DNA of 25,139 bases, taken from a virus (lineage: Duplodnaviria > Caudoviricetes). The stretch is taken from positions 1 to 25,139 of the IMG/VR virus record IMGVR_UViG_3300016474_000309. One strand, 5' to 3'. The notes below the pieces were generated by a model. It was given only the letters and a program-made list of their open reading frames with translations. It ran no database searches and was not told the DNA's origin. Positions 15,826 through 24,359 of this stretch are shown here, in pieces. Both the position numbers and the translations under genes were made by a program. Every line of letters begins with the position of its first letter. The first letter of the stretch is position 1.

Positions 15826-16773
15826 CTAAAAAGTAATGGAGCCTGACCCAGTAAACTGGTAAACGCGATACCCACCGGAAACCGTAATTGTAGGGCTGCC
15901 AGTGGTTGCTGATGCGGCTGGGTAGGCGTCTGGATAACGAATCACCACGATTCCAGATCCACCAGGCTGCCCCGCTCTTGCCGCGTTGGCACCTCCGCCT
16001 GAACCGCCGCCGCCGCCACCCGTGTTTGCAGTTCCGGCCACGCCATCGGCACCGGCAGCACCGCCAGCACCGCCGCCGCCTGTGCCTCCTGATCCGCCTG
16101 TTCCGGAATAAGCGCCGCCGCCGCCGCCGCCAGCGTAAGTTACAGACGACCCGGTGATGGAACTGGCCGTACCATTGCCGCCCGCCGCACCCGCAGCACT
16201 TGTGGCACTCGAACCAACTGACGAAGCGCCCCCGCCGCCGCTGCCACCGTCCACTGCTCCTGTTGACCCGCCAGCGTTGCCTTGTGATGGCACCGTGGCC
16301 GGCGTATTACCTGCGCCACCGGATGCGGAACGAGTCGCACCGCCACCAGATCCGCCAGCCAAACCCGTCTGGTTTACGCCGCCAGATCCACCTGCACCTG
16401 CCGCACCACCGCCACCGCCAGACGAGGTGATGGTGTAGAAGACGCTGTCACCGCCGTTTGAGCCTCTGGCACCGGCTGCGCCCGCCGCTCCGCCTGCCCC
16501 AACAGTCACAGTCAAAGCAGACCCCATTGGCACCAACAAGCCTGACCCGGTGCGAAAACCGCCTGCACCACCACCGCCACCGCCTTTGTCGTTCAGTGCG
16601 TGGCCGCCGCCGCCACCACCACCGGCCACGACAAGATAATCCACAAACGTGCCAAGCAGCGGCCATGTTCCGGCCTGCGAATATCTCGCCGCTTCATCCA
16701 GCGTCCAGATGCCCGGTGCCGATGTTTGTGTTGGCGTTGGCGTGTAGCCGATGTAAGAGCCGTTTTGCCTCAA
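15826..16773 (-). CDS. Glycine-rich virion appendage protein
   Basis: VDYLVVAGGGGGG...GGGGAGG...TVTVGAGG...GGSGIVVIRY...YRVYQFTGSGSITF matches the common phage glycine-rich domain. N-terminal 'SAPGIWTL.E' motif. Confidence 0.85.
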   Translation of the reverse strand: MRQNGSYIGYTPTPTQTSAPGIWTLDEAARYSQAGTWPLLGTFVDYLVVAGGGGGGGHALNDKGGGGGGAGGFRTGSGLLVPMGSALTVTVGAGGAAGAAGARGSNGGDSVFYTITSSGGGGGAAGAGGSGGVNQTGLAGGSGGGATRSASGGAGNTPATVPSQGNAGGSTGAVDGGSGGGGASSVGSSATSAAGAAGGNGTASSITGSSVTYAGGGGGGAYSGTGGSGGTGGGGAGGAAGADGVAGTANTGGGGGGSGGGANAARAGQPGGSGIVVIRYPDAYPAASATTGSPTITVSGGYRVYQFTGSGSITF

Positions 16774-17129
16774 GACAAGACCTCATAAGACGCGGTGCCT
16801 TGCAAGGTGTTATTAGCCGATGCTGTTAGGCGAAGCGATTCACCCTCCAGCAGATTGACTTTTGAGTCGCTTGTAATGACGACCAGCGTGGCGTTTGCAG
16901 CGATCACCACGCTGTAAGCCAGGTTGCTTTGCACGGCCGTGCCGTTGTAAACATCCACCGTAATGGCGGCCGGAATCGCTCCATAATTGGCCACATAAAG
17001 CGATGTCATGCGAACCGAAGTATTTGAGCCAGCCGAGTTGGAAACGATTGGCGTTGCCGCCGTTGTGGCCGTCAAACTGGTGCGGGACAGAGTGCAGTTT
17101 GCCGAGCTGAATATGTTTGGTGCCGCCAT
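16770..17129 (-). CDS. Small beta-sandwich virion protein
   Basis: MAAPNI...SLYVAN...ITVDVY...LAY.VVI.ANATLVV...LLEGESLR is a common phage structural protein pattern. GGAG RBS. Confidence 0.7.
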   Translation of the reverse strand: MAAPNIFSSANCTLSRTSLTATTAATPIVSNSAGSNTSVRMTSLYVANYGAIPAAITVDVYNGTAVQSNLAYSVVIAANATLVVITSDSKVNLLEGESLRLTASANNTLQGTASYEVLS

Positions 17130-17133
17130 TGCG

Positions 17134-18201
17134 TCATCTCCCAAAGATCATGCTGTAAGCGATGGCCTTGGCGGCCGAAATGCCTGTTCCGCCGCCACCG
17201 CCAGACGCATTTGCCGATAGAACGCCATTGGCGTCGATCGTCAGGTTGGCACCCACCTTGACACCGCCAAGAGTTGTTGTTGTTGCGTTCGGTAGTGAAT
17301 AAGCGGCCGGAATGGCCACCGAGATGACGCCATTGGCATCGGCCGAAATGTTGGCACCGATCTTCACGCCGCCAAGCTGCGTGGCGTTGGCCACCGGCAG
17401 AACCGTCAAGAATCCGCTGGGGTTGCCGGTGAGCGGGTAGTAACGTCCATCGGCATAGCTTTGAGTGAGCAGAGAATTGGCTGAATATGTCGTGTTGCCC
17501 GTGAGCTGCGTGAACGTGATGGATGTTCCAAGCAATTGCAGGCGTGTGCTGTTGCCGGTGCCATCGTTAAAGCTCAGGTTTACGGCCGACACGCTCGACT
17601 GCACCGACGACGTGGCGCAGGCCGTACCGTTGGTGTAGTTGGTGGCCGACAAACAGGCACTGAGGCCACCGGCCGTCACCTTGACGATTCGGCCAGGGTT
17701 GCCGCTTGCATCCAAAGAGGTCTGATACTGAAGATAAACGCTGGACGGAGTGCCGCTGGTCAGGCCAGAAGCGATCTGGGTCAGAGTGCCGTTGACCGCA
17801 GCTTGCAGCGTCGAGCCGGAAAACGTGCTGTTTCCCGTCCACGTGGTATTCGGCAGGATCGGCACATAGCCAGAGACGTTCGGCGTGTTGGCCGACAGCA
17901 CGCCATTGCCGTCGATCGCCAGATTGGCACCCACCTTCACGCCGCCAAGCTGCGTGGCGTTGGCCACCGGCAGGGTGTAATTGGCTGGCAGGATGACCGA
18001 CAGCACGCCGTTGGCAGTCACTGAGAGGTTTGCACCGACGATCACCGAGCCAGCCGTGTTGGCCGTAGCCAGCGGGATAATGGCACCGGATCGCAAGTTG
18101 ACGACAGATCCGCCAACCGGCCGCATTACCAAAACGCTGGACGTGCCGCGTATGGTAACGTTGGAAAAGCCGGCTTGGATCAGCGTCAGGTTGCTGCTCA
18201 T
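17134..18201 (-). CDS. Fibre protein with four 'LP.A....LGGVKVGANL....NGVLS' repeats (head/tail fibre type)
   Basis: Four internal repeats. C-terminal 'GISAAKAIAYSMIFG' anchor motif. Confidence 0.8.
   Translation of the reverse strand: MSSNLTLIQAGFSNVTIRGTSSVLVMRPVGGSVVNLRSGAIIPLATANTAGSVIVGANLSVTANGVLSVILPANYTLPVANATQLGGVKVGANLAIDGNGVLSANTPNVSGYVPILPNTTWTGNSTFSGSTLQAAVNGTLTQIASGLTSGTPSSVYLQYQTSLDASGNPGRIVKVTAGGLSACLSATNYTNGTACATSSVQSSVSAVNLSFNDGTGNSTRLQLLGTSITFTQLTGNTTYSANSLLTQSYADGRYYPLTGNPSGFLTVLPVANATQLGGVKIGANISADANGVISVAIPAAYSLPNATTTTLGGVKVGANLTIDANGVLSANASGGGGGTGISAAKAIAYSMIFGR
17362..17973. repeat. 39-bp identical direct repeat inside the fibre gene (17362-17400 and 17935-17973)
   Basis: CTTCACGCCGCCAAGCTGCGTGGCGTTGGCCACCGGCAG occurs twice. 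Confidence 0.9.
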
Positions 18202-18551
18202 TGGGTCACCTGTGGCGAGACATACGCGCCGCCTTCCACCGACCGCACCACCGTGCCGCTGGCGTTTGTCACCTTGATGTCATACAGGTAGTTGCCACCG
18301 GCAATGGCTGTAGTCTGCACCGCCGTCAGGGCCACCGTAGCCGTGCCGCCTGTGGCCGATGTGATCGTGATGCCGCCTGTGGCTGTCGAGAGCGTCGCCA
18401 CGGGTGTGACGCCATAATCCGACCGAATCTGCATCTTGATCGTGCAGCCGGTCAGGTTTAAAGGCGTGCCGTCGGTGTTCTGGAAGTTCAAGTAGAGTGC
18501 CCAGTCGGCACCCTGCTCGATGTCCGTGATCTGGTAATAGGCGGCACTCAT
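18198..18551 (-). CDS. BppU-N-like fibre anchor/adaptor protein
   Basis: IEQGADW...PLNLTGCTIKMQIR...GGITI...V.LTA.QT......YDI......V.R.VEG...VSPQVT motif. Confidence 0.75.
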   Translation of the reverse strand: MSAAYYQITDIEQGADWALYLNFQNTDGTPLNLTGCTIKMQIRSDYGVTPVATLSTATGGITITSATGGTATVALTAVQTTAIAGGNYLYDIKVTNASGTVVRSVEGGAYVSPQVTQ

Positions 18552-19432
18552 CAGACAAGCTCCAGCAGCAGGGTCAGCTTCTGAGCTTCAACCACGCCCA
18601 CCGGCACCGCCTTTTTGGCCTGCTCTTGCTCTTCTTCCTGTTCGCCGGCCTCATACTCAGGCGACTCGGCCGCCTCGTGTTCTGGAGTTTCGGCCTCTTC
18701 GTCTTCCGCCATCGCCGTGTTTTGATTGACCAGGCCCAAGAGGTTGGTGATCTCTTCCGAGACCGACCCGAGCACCTCCAGCATGGCCCGCAGCTTCATC
18801 TCATTCTTGCCCGAGAGCACGCGGCCGGCTTTGAGATCGGCACCCGCCATCTGACGTGCCGACTGCATGGCGCGACTCATGAACACCTTGAAGGCAGGCG
18901 GACAGCTCTCCCAGCTTTTGAAGGCCATGATGCGTGCGTTGTCGTTGGCCGGAATCGTCACGGGCGAGACCTCCATCAGGCGTGCTTTCTCGATCAGACG
19001 GATGGTGCGTGCCGACTTCAACCGGCGTGCCTCGGCCGCGTCGGGTGTGTAACCCGCCTTCTCCCAGATCTGTTCCAGCTCAGGCGGCGAGACCATGCTG
19101 GTCTGGATCGGCTCCATGCCCACCGAGAGTTTCTTGATCACGCCATCGGCCATGAGTGTCCGCATCTCTTTGGACGCGGCCACGTCGCTGAACTTGGCTT
19201 TGACGTAGAGACCTTTGTTGTCTTCGTAAGCGTCGGTGTATTTGCCCAGCGGTGCCGTCCAGTTGTGCATCGAACCGCCGATAAAGCCATCCTGCAAGAA
19301 CTCGGCGAGTCCGTCCTTGTAACAACCAGGCATGACGACATCGCCCGCCTTGTCCAGCGTGTAGAACGTGCTGGCGTAGCCTTCAAAGCCGCCCGCGTTC
19401 GCCTTCAGTGTGATGTCGGTCGTCTTAAGCAT
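18551..19432 (-). CDS. HK97-family prohead protease with acidic C-terminal extension
   Basis: FEGYASTF..LD..GDVV, HNW, GLYVKA, LSVG, LMEVSPVTIPANDNA; also KAGRVLS and a Glu-rich tail. Confidence 0.92.
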   Translation of the reverse strand: MLKTTDITLKANAGGFEGYASTFYTLDKAGDVVMPGCYKDGLAEFLQDGFIGGSMHNWTAPLGKYTDAYEDNKGLYVKAKFSDVAASKEMRTLMADGVIKKLSVGMEPIQTSMVSPPELEQIWEKAGYTPDAAEARRLKSARTIRLIEKARLMEVSPVTIPANDNARIMAFKSWESCPPAFKVFMSRAMQSARQMAGADLKAGRVLSGKNEMKLRAMLEVLGSVSEEITNLLGLVNQNTAMAEDEEAETPEHEAAESPEYEAGEQEEEQEQAKKAVPVGVVEAQKLTLLLELV

Positions 19433-19474
19433 GGTTGTAACCCTGTAAGTAATAAGGTTGAGCCTAGTTTAGCA

Positions 19475-20347
19475 TCAACCAGCGATCGTTTCATCCCATT
19501 TCTCGGGCGCTTCGTCATCCAGCACGGCCACCACGGTGCAGCGGCAATTCGGGTGCAGCGGGGCGCATTGGACGGTGGCGTAGTAATCCTCTTTGCTTTG
19601 GCCGGTGGCGAACGGCTGGCCCTTTTTTACCCGTCGTGGCTTGCCATTGATCAGGCCGATACGCTTGCACTCTTCGCAGGCGTCATCCGACAACAGCCAC
19701 TCATAGCCCACCACGACTTCCATGTCCTGAGTGCCAGCCAAAAAGCCGTAATTGTGGGCACGGTTGGACTCGGTGACGGCGATGCGGCGTGCTTTCCATC
19801 GGGCCGTCTCGGCAAAGAACTTGGCGAGCCGGTCAGTCTTGTCTGCAAGCGTCTCGCCAGCCTTCTGACCTTCCAGCAGTTCCTTCTGCATCTCTTCCAA
19901 CAGCCGCTGGGCTTCATCGGCCGTAGCGGCCTGAAGGTCGTTGATGGTCGATTCAGCCAGCTTGATTTCATGCTGCTTGATCTGGTCGTAGATCGAGACG
20001 TTGCGGACATCCCATGAACCAGCGTCACGCTGGCCAAGGCTCAAACGTGCCTGGCGTGCGGCCCGGTCAAACATGCCGATGATGTCCACCACAAACCGCT
20101 TGACCAGCGGATCGGCCATGTCGTGCGTGATCTGCACGCGGATCGGATCGCCCATCCGCTTGAGCACAGGCCCGGCCGCCTGCTTGAACTTGGCACGGTA
20201 GATCGGTTCAAGCCGCCACCAGAACGACGACAGGATGGCGTAGAACGAGCGGTAAACCCGTTCTTCGTCCTTGGCCGTCAGCTTGGGTTGCAGAGCAACC
20301 TTAGGCTGCCGAGTCTTCGAGCTGGTAAGCGTTCGAGCTTTGGCCAC
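19475..20347 (-). CDS. Minor head morphogenesis protein (Mu gpF / SPP1 gp7-like)
   Basis: ARRIAVTESNRA, W.L..DACEEC, PLHPNCRC. Confidence 0.9.
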   Translation of the reverse strand: MAKARTLTSSKTRQPKVALQPKLTAKDEERVYRSFYAILSSFWWRLEPIYRAKFKQAAGPVLKRMGDPIRVQITHDMADPLVKRFVVDIIGMFDRAARQARLSLGQRDAGSWDVRNVSIYDQIKQHEIKLAESTINDLQAATADEAQRLLEEMQKELLEGQKAGETLADKTDRLAKFFAETARWKARRIAVTESNRAHNYGFLAGTQDMEVVVGYEWLLSDDACEECKRIGLINGKPRRVKKGQPFATGQSKEDYYATVQCAPLHPNCRCTVVAVLDDEAPEKWDETIAG

Positions 20348-21599
20348 CGATCATGCCCGCCTGTGGTGTGGGTGTAGACTGGGTCGCGTAGGTGTCGCCA
20401 TCTTCGGTCGGCTCAAGCGCCACGATCCGGCGTCCTTCGTTGCGGGTGATCAGGCCGGCCTTGTACAGAGCCACGGCACGATCGGCCTGAGCCTTCTGGT
20501 CTTCGGCCAGTGCCTCGACGTTGGCATAATCCCACTTCAGCCGCATCCGGCCCGACGGGTCGTACATCGGCAGCAGTTGGCTTTGGAGCGTCTTGGCGAT
20601 CAGCTCATGGAACGGCACCACCGCGTTGATCCACGCGGCCCGCTGGGCCTCTCGGTAGTTGGAATAGGTCTTGCCCGGGTCAGGCAGGCCCAAGAGCATG
20701 GGAGACAGGCCCATCGCCGAGCAGATGCGAGCCACGGCATGGTTATCCACGTCGGTCAGCAGCATGTCCTTTGGCTGGGTGCCGAGGTTGGAGACGTCCA
20801 CAGGTGCCGAGAAGATCAGCGGCGATCCCTGCTGATCCAGTCCTACCGATTCCATGATCGATGTGCGAAGCTGGTCACGCTGCTTGTCGCCGATCTGGTT
20901 GTCACCGATCGGGCTGACCACGATATTGGTCACACCGGTGTTCTTCAAAATTGCGCCCGTGTAACCGGCCAGCATGTTCACCAAGGCGATCTCGCGGCAG
21001 CAGGCCATCAGTGGCGTGTAACCAAGGCGGTCGTTCCAACTATCGATTCCACGCTTGAAGACGATCACGCTTTCGGGTGCGAAGTTCTCGATCCGACCTG
21101 TGCCGGCCGGGATATACTTCCAAGCGTTCAGCCATCGGCTGCCGTCGGTCGGAAAGTCGGGTGCGGTCTGGCGAGCGTCCAGCCAATAAAGCTCACCCAC
21201 CGTGCCGCCGTTAGTCTGGGCGATGTAGGAAAAGGCCGTGCCCGAGCACATCAGGTCGGTGATCCATGCCGAGATCATCGCATGGCCGGAATAGATCGGG
21301 TTGGGCTGGTGGAGGACATCCAGAATCGGGTGGCCTTCCAGCTCCACTTCTTCACCAAACTTGGTGCACATGTAGAGCCGCAGCGGCACGCTGGTGATGT
21401 TGCGTGTGATCCAGTCGAGGCCCAAGGCCACCACCGGATTCTGCCGAAAGTCGCCTGCCTCGCTCAGCCAGTCAAAGCGTGCCGACGGAATCTGCCGTGC
21501 ACGCTGGGCATAGATCGACCCGCCACCGCCACGGCCAGAGAACAGGGTTCTGACGCCGTTGGATAGGCCGGATAGCATCTGTCCGAAGTAGTTCTGCAT
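20301..21599 (-). CDS. Portal protein (HK97 family)
   Basis: HPILDVLHQPNP, G.TPL, ICSAMGLSPMLLG..TYSN, ITRNEGR motifs. Follows TerL. Confidence 0.93.
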   Translation of the reverse strand: MQNYFGQMLSGLSNGVRTLFSGRGGGGSIYAQRARQIPSARFDWLSEAGDFRQNPVVALGLDWITRNITSVPLRLYMCTKFGEEVELEGHPILDVLHQPNPIYSGHAMISAWITDLMCSGTAFSYIAQTNGGTVGELYWLDARQTAPDFPTDGSRWLNAWKYIPAGTGRIENFAPESVIVFKRGIDSWNDRLGYTPLMACCREIALVNMLAGYTGAILKNTGVTNIVVSPIGDNQIGDKQRDQLRTSIMESVGLDQQGSPLIFSAPVDVSNLGTQPKDMLLTDVDNHAVARICSAMGLSPMLLGLPDPGKTYSNYREAQRAAWINAVVPFHELIAKTLQSQLLPMYDPSGRMRLKWDYANVEALAEDQKAQADRAVALYKAGLITRNEGRRIVALEPTEDGDTYATQSTPTPQAGMIGGQSSNAYQLEDSAA

Positions 21600-21648
21600 G
21601 GCGTAATAACCCTAAGCTCAGGAATAAGATCACAACACTATACCAAAT

Positions 21649-22821
21649 TCAAATAGCGACCCCCACCTTTCTCATCAAGTAGTTGAACGCCAGACTGAGT
21701 GCATCCACCTGGTCATCGGTCTGGCCATCTTCGCCGTTGAAGTCGGCCACCTCGTCGAGGAAGGCCGTGATCCAGTTGCCCTTGACCAGCACGATGCCGC
21801 CTTTGGCCGATTCCTTGGCGGCCGGCAACGCTCGCTGGTACTTGCTGCCCGATGGCGACTCCTCGACCACGTGATAATCCAACAGGTTCTGCCGCACATA
21901 CTGGTTGGCCCGCTTGCCGGCTGATCCCGGCTCGCGTTCCAGCAGCACGGTCACATCCTGACCATCGGCATCGGCCGTTTGCTTCTGGATGGCGTCCAGC
22001 TCATCCGGCCCCCACTGGCCACGGATGACCGAGTCCACGTAATACTTGCCGTTGATCTTGTGCATCCGCAGGCCCACCGAGTGATCGCCACCGCCCGGCG
22101 TCGCGGCACAGTCCCATGCACGCACGCTCAGCCGCTCGCTGGCCGGCAGTGCATCCACCGACTGGAACCATGTCCGTTTGAAGAGGGTGCCGCCCGGCTC
22201 GACAAACTCGCCCAAGAGTTCCTGCCGCTGCCAGTCGGCTGAATAAGCCCCCTCAAGACTTTGTACAAATTCCGGAGGGTTATAGACGTTGGACGCAGAC
22301 GTGGCCTGCGTCATGCTGATCTGGCCGGTTTTTACAAGGTCATACATCCAGTGCCGCGTGCCTTTGGGTGTGGACGTAAGCCAGATGCGTCTTGGCTCGC
22401 GACGTAACCGGCCAATGCACACAAGCCAGGTTTGATGATCGACGTATCCGGCCTCGTCCACCCAGATCCAACCGGCATTTACGCCCCGCAGCCTGTCGGG
22501 CTTGTCGGCAGACCGGAAAAGGATTGTGCGTCCGCCCATAAGCTCGGCCGTCATGGTGGCCACGTTGAAAGACTTGACGATCCCAACTCCATCCGTCATT
22601 TCACGGAACGTCTTCAGCACCGTATCACGCAGCATGGGATATGTTGGGCTTACAACCATGCCTGTAGTGTTTGCCGGCTGGCAGATCATTTCCCAACAGC
22701 CGGCAAACGTTTTTCCGCTCCCAACGCCGCCAATAAATGCCCGCCAGGGCGACGGGTCATTCCAGAATTTTCGTTGGGGCTTCGTCGATGTCTGTATGTT
22801 CAATTCTGGGCTTAACAGCAA
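21649..22821 (-). CDS. terL: Terminase large subunit
   Basis: Walker A GGVGSGKT, LRG...WVDE Walker B, TSTPKG, RNase H-like nuclease WDCA...DHSVG...DDQVDA. TTG start. Confidence 0.95.
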   Translation of the reverse strand: MLLSPELNIQTSTKPQRKFWNDPSPWRAFIGGVGSGKTFAGCWEMICQPANTTGMVVSPTYPMLRDTVLKTFREMTDGVGIVKSFNVATMTAELMGGRTILFRSADKPDRLRGVNAGWIWVDEAGYVDHQTWLVCIGRLRREPRRIWLTSTPKGTRHWMYDLVKTGQISMTQATSASNVYNPPEFVQSLEGAYSADWQRQELLGEFVEPGGTLFKRTWFQSVDALPASERLSVRAWDCAATPGGGDHSVGLRMHKINGKYYVDSVIRGQWGPDELDAIQKQTADADGQDVTVLLEREPGSAGKRANQYVRQNLLDYHVVEESPSGSKYQRALPAAKESAKGGIVLVKGNWITAFLDEVADFNGEDGQTDDQVDALSLAFNYLMRKVGVAI

Positions 22822-23089
22822 TGTAATCGTTTCCTTCAGAATCGACGGTACTCATGTCCACAGGCAAAGGCACCTTGCCGTCGATGCGTTCGTAGATCGC
22901 ACTCCAATAACGAAAATCGCCTTCAAGAGCTTTTTTCAAGCCCTTCTGGATTAACGCTTTAAGCAGATCTGGCCTTGAGTCCAGTTCAGCTTCAAGAGCG
23001 GCCTGAAGTGGCTTCTTGGGCCGGCCGTTGGGGTTGCCAGATACGCCTTTGGGCCAAGGAGGTCTGAGGTTTTGCGGGTTTGGTGGCAT
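22757..23089 (-). CDS. terS: Terminase small subunit (DUF5681-type N-terminus)
   Basis: NLRPPWPKGVSGNPNGRPK motif, KALEGD, ERIDGK. GGAGG RBS. Directly upstream of TerL. Confidence 0.8.
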   Translation of the reverse strand: MPPNPQNLRPPWPKGVSGNPNGRPKKPLQAALEAELDSRPDLLKALIQKGLKKALEGDFRYWSAIYERIDGKVPLPVDMSTVDSEGNDYIAVKPRIEHTDIDEAPTKILE

Positions 23090-23108
23090 GGATAGTTGTC
23101 CTCCGGTG

Positions 23109-24359
23109 TTAATCCGGTGTGCCTACCGGAGTCTCTCTGACTGCGACCATGCCCGTCAGTTGCTCCCATCGTTTCACGATCACGTCGCAATATTGCCGGC
23201 TGATCTCCATGCCGTAACACTTGCGTCCAAGCTGCTCGGCGGCGATCAACGTGGTGCCTGAGCCAAGGAATGGGTCGTAAACAATATCATTTTTATCGCC
23301 ATGATTTCTGATTGGGCGAGCCATACATTCAACGGGCTTTTGAGTGCCATGACCTGTTGGACTGTCATTTTTATCCTGAGATCTTCCCATAGGCTGAAGG
23401 CTTCGAATATCCCATGTTGTCGATTGTGTTCTGTCTCCGCACCATTTTGAAGATTGCCCGCTTCGAACTGCATACCAACACGGCTCATGTTGCCAATGGT
23501 AGTGCCCACGAGAAATTACAAAATTAGGTTTGCGCCACACAATCTGCGATCGAATTTTAAACTGCGCATTTCGAAGGTGTAACGCTAAATCGGCCGCAAA
23601 AACCCCAGCATGCCAAACATATGCTACATGACCAGGAAACAGTTGATATGTTAAAGTCCAATCAAACACATCATCAGACGTTACAAGTCCCGTTGATGCT
23701 AGTTTTGTACCATCTAAAAAACCTTTTACTTTTCCTTCTCGCCAATTAGGATCGTATTCGACTCCATATGGTGGATCAGTAACCATAATAAATGGCTTCT
23801 GCCCATCCATCAGCCTTGCCACATCCTCAGCTTTTGTCGAATCACCGCACAGCAGTCGATGCTCACCAAGAATCCACAGGTCGCCCGGTTTTGTGATTGG
23901 GTCGGCCGGCGGCTCAGGCACTTCATCCTCAACGACTTCGGTTTTCCCGAGCATGTCGTCGGCCAAGCCCTTGATCAGGCCGTCTATTTCGCTTTCGGTG
24001 TAACCGGCCGCCTCGATCTCATAATCTTCCGACTGCAACGCTCGCAGTGTTTCGGCAAGCGCCGTGTCGTCCCATTCTGCAAGCTCGGCCGTCCGATTGT
24101 CGGCGATGGCATACGCGGTAGCGTCTGAGCCTTTCAAGCTGGTGACGGTGACAGTAATTTCTTTCCATCCAAGCTGCTTTGCGGCTTGATATCTACCATT
24201 GCCTGAGAGAATCACCCCCTGGTCGGTGACAACAATTGGGTGTTGTTGCCCAAACTTGCGAAGGCTGGCAACAATGCTTGCCAGATTGCGTTCGCCATGC
24301 CGGCGGAGGTTGGCCGGATCTTGGCTGATGGAATCAATCGAAACCGTTTTGACCTGCAT
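23109..24359 (-). CDS. ParB/Srx N-terminal domain fused to an N6A/N4C DNA methyltransferase (beta class)
   Basis: DPAN.R.H...SLRKFGQ..PIVV...GNGR..AA...IADNR (ParB); HRLLCGDST, TDPPY, HGTQKPV, DPFLGSGTT. Confidence 0.93.
   Translation of the reverse strand: MQVKTVSIDSISQDPANLRRHGERNLASIVASLRKFGQQHPIVVTDQGVILSGNGRYQAAKQLGWKEITVTVTSLKGSDATAYAIADNRTAELAEWDDTALAETLRALQSEDYEIEAAGYTESEIDGLIKGLADDMLGKTEVVEDEVPEPPADPITKPGDLWILGEHRLLCGDSTKAEDVARLMDGQKPFIMVTDPPYGVEYDPNWREGKVKGFLDGTKLASTGLVTSDDVFDWTLTYQLFPGHVAYVWHAGVFAADLALHLRNAQFKIRSQIVWRKPNFVISRGHYHWQHEPCWYAVRSGQSSKWCGDRTQSTTWDIRSLQPMGRSQDKNDSPTGHGTQKPVECMARPIRNHGDKNDIVYDPFLGSGTTLIAAEQLGRKCYGMEISRQYCDVIVKRWEQLTGMVAVRETPVGTPD

Noticed and set aside
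15950-16630. CCG/GCC-rich quasi-tandem repeats
   Set aside because: Explained by poly-Gly codons of the glycine-rich protein.
18626-21566. Long + strand ORFs (463 aa at 18626-20017, 431 aa at 20271-21566; similarly 11389-12378, 4835-5764, 7132-7941)
   Set aside because: Antisense shadows of GC-rich genes with clear phage motifs. TTA/CTA/TCA scarcity on the coding strand removes antisense stops. No motifs or RBS.
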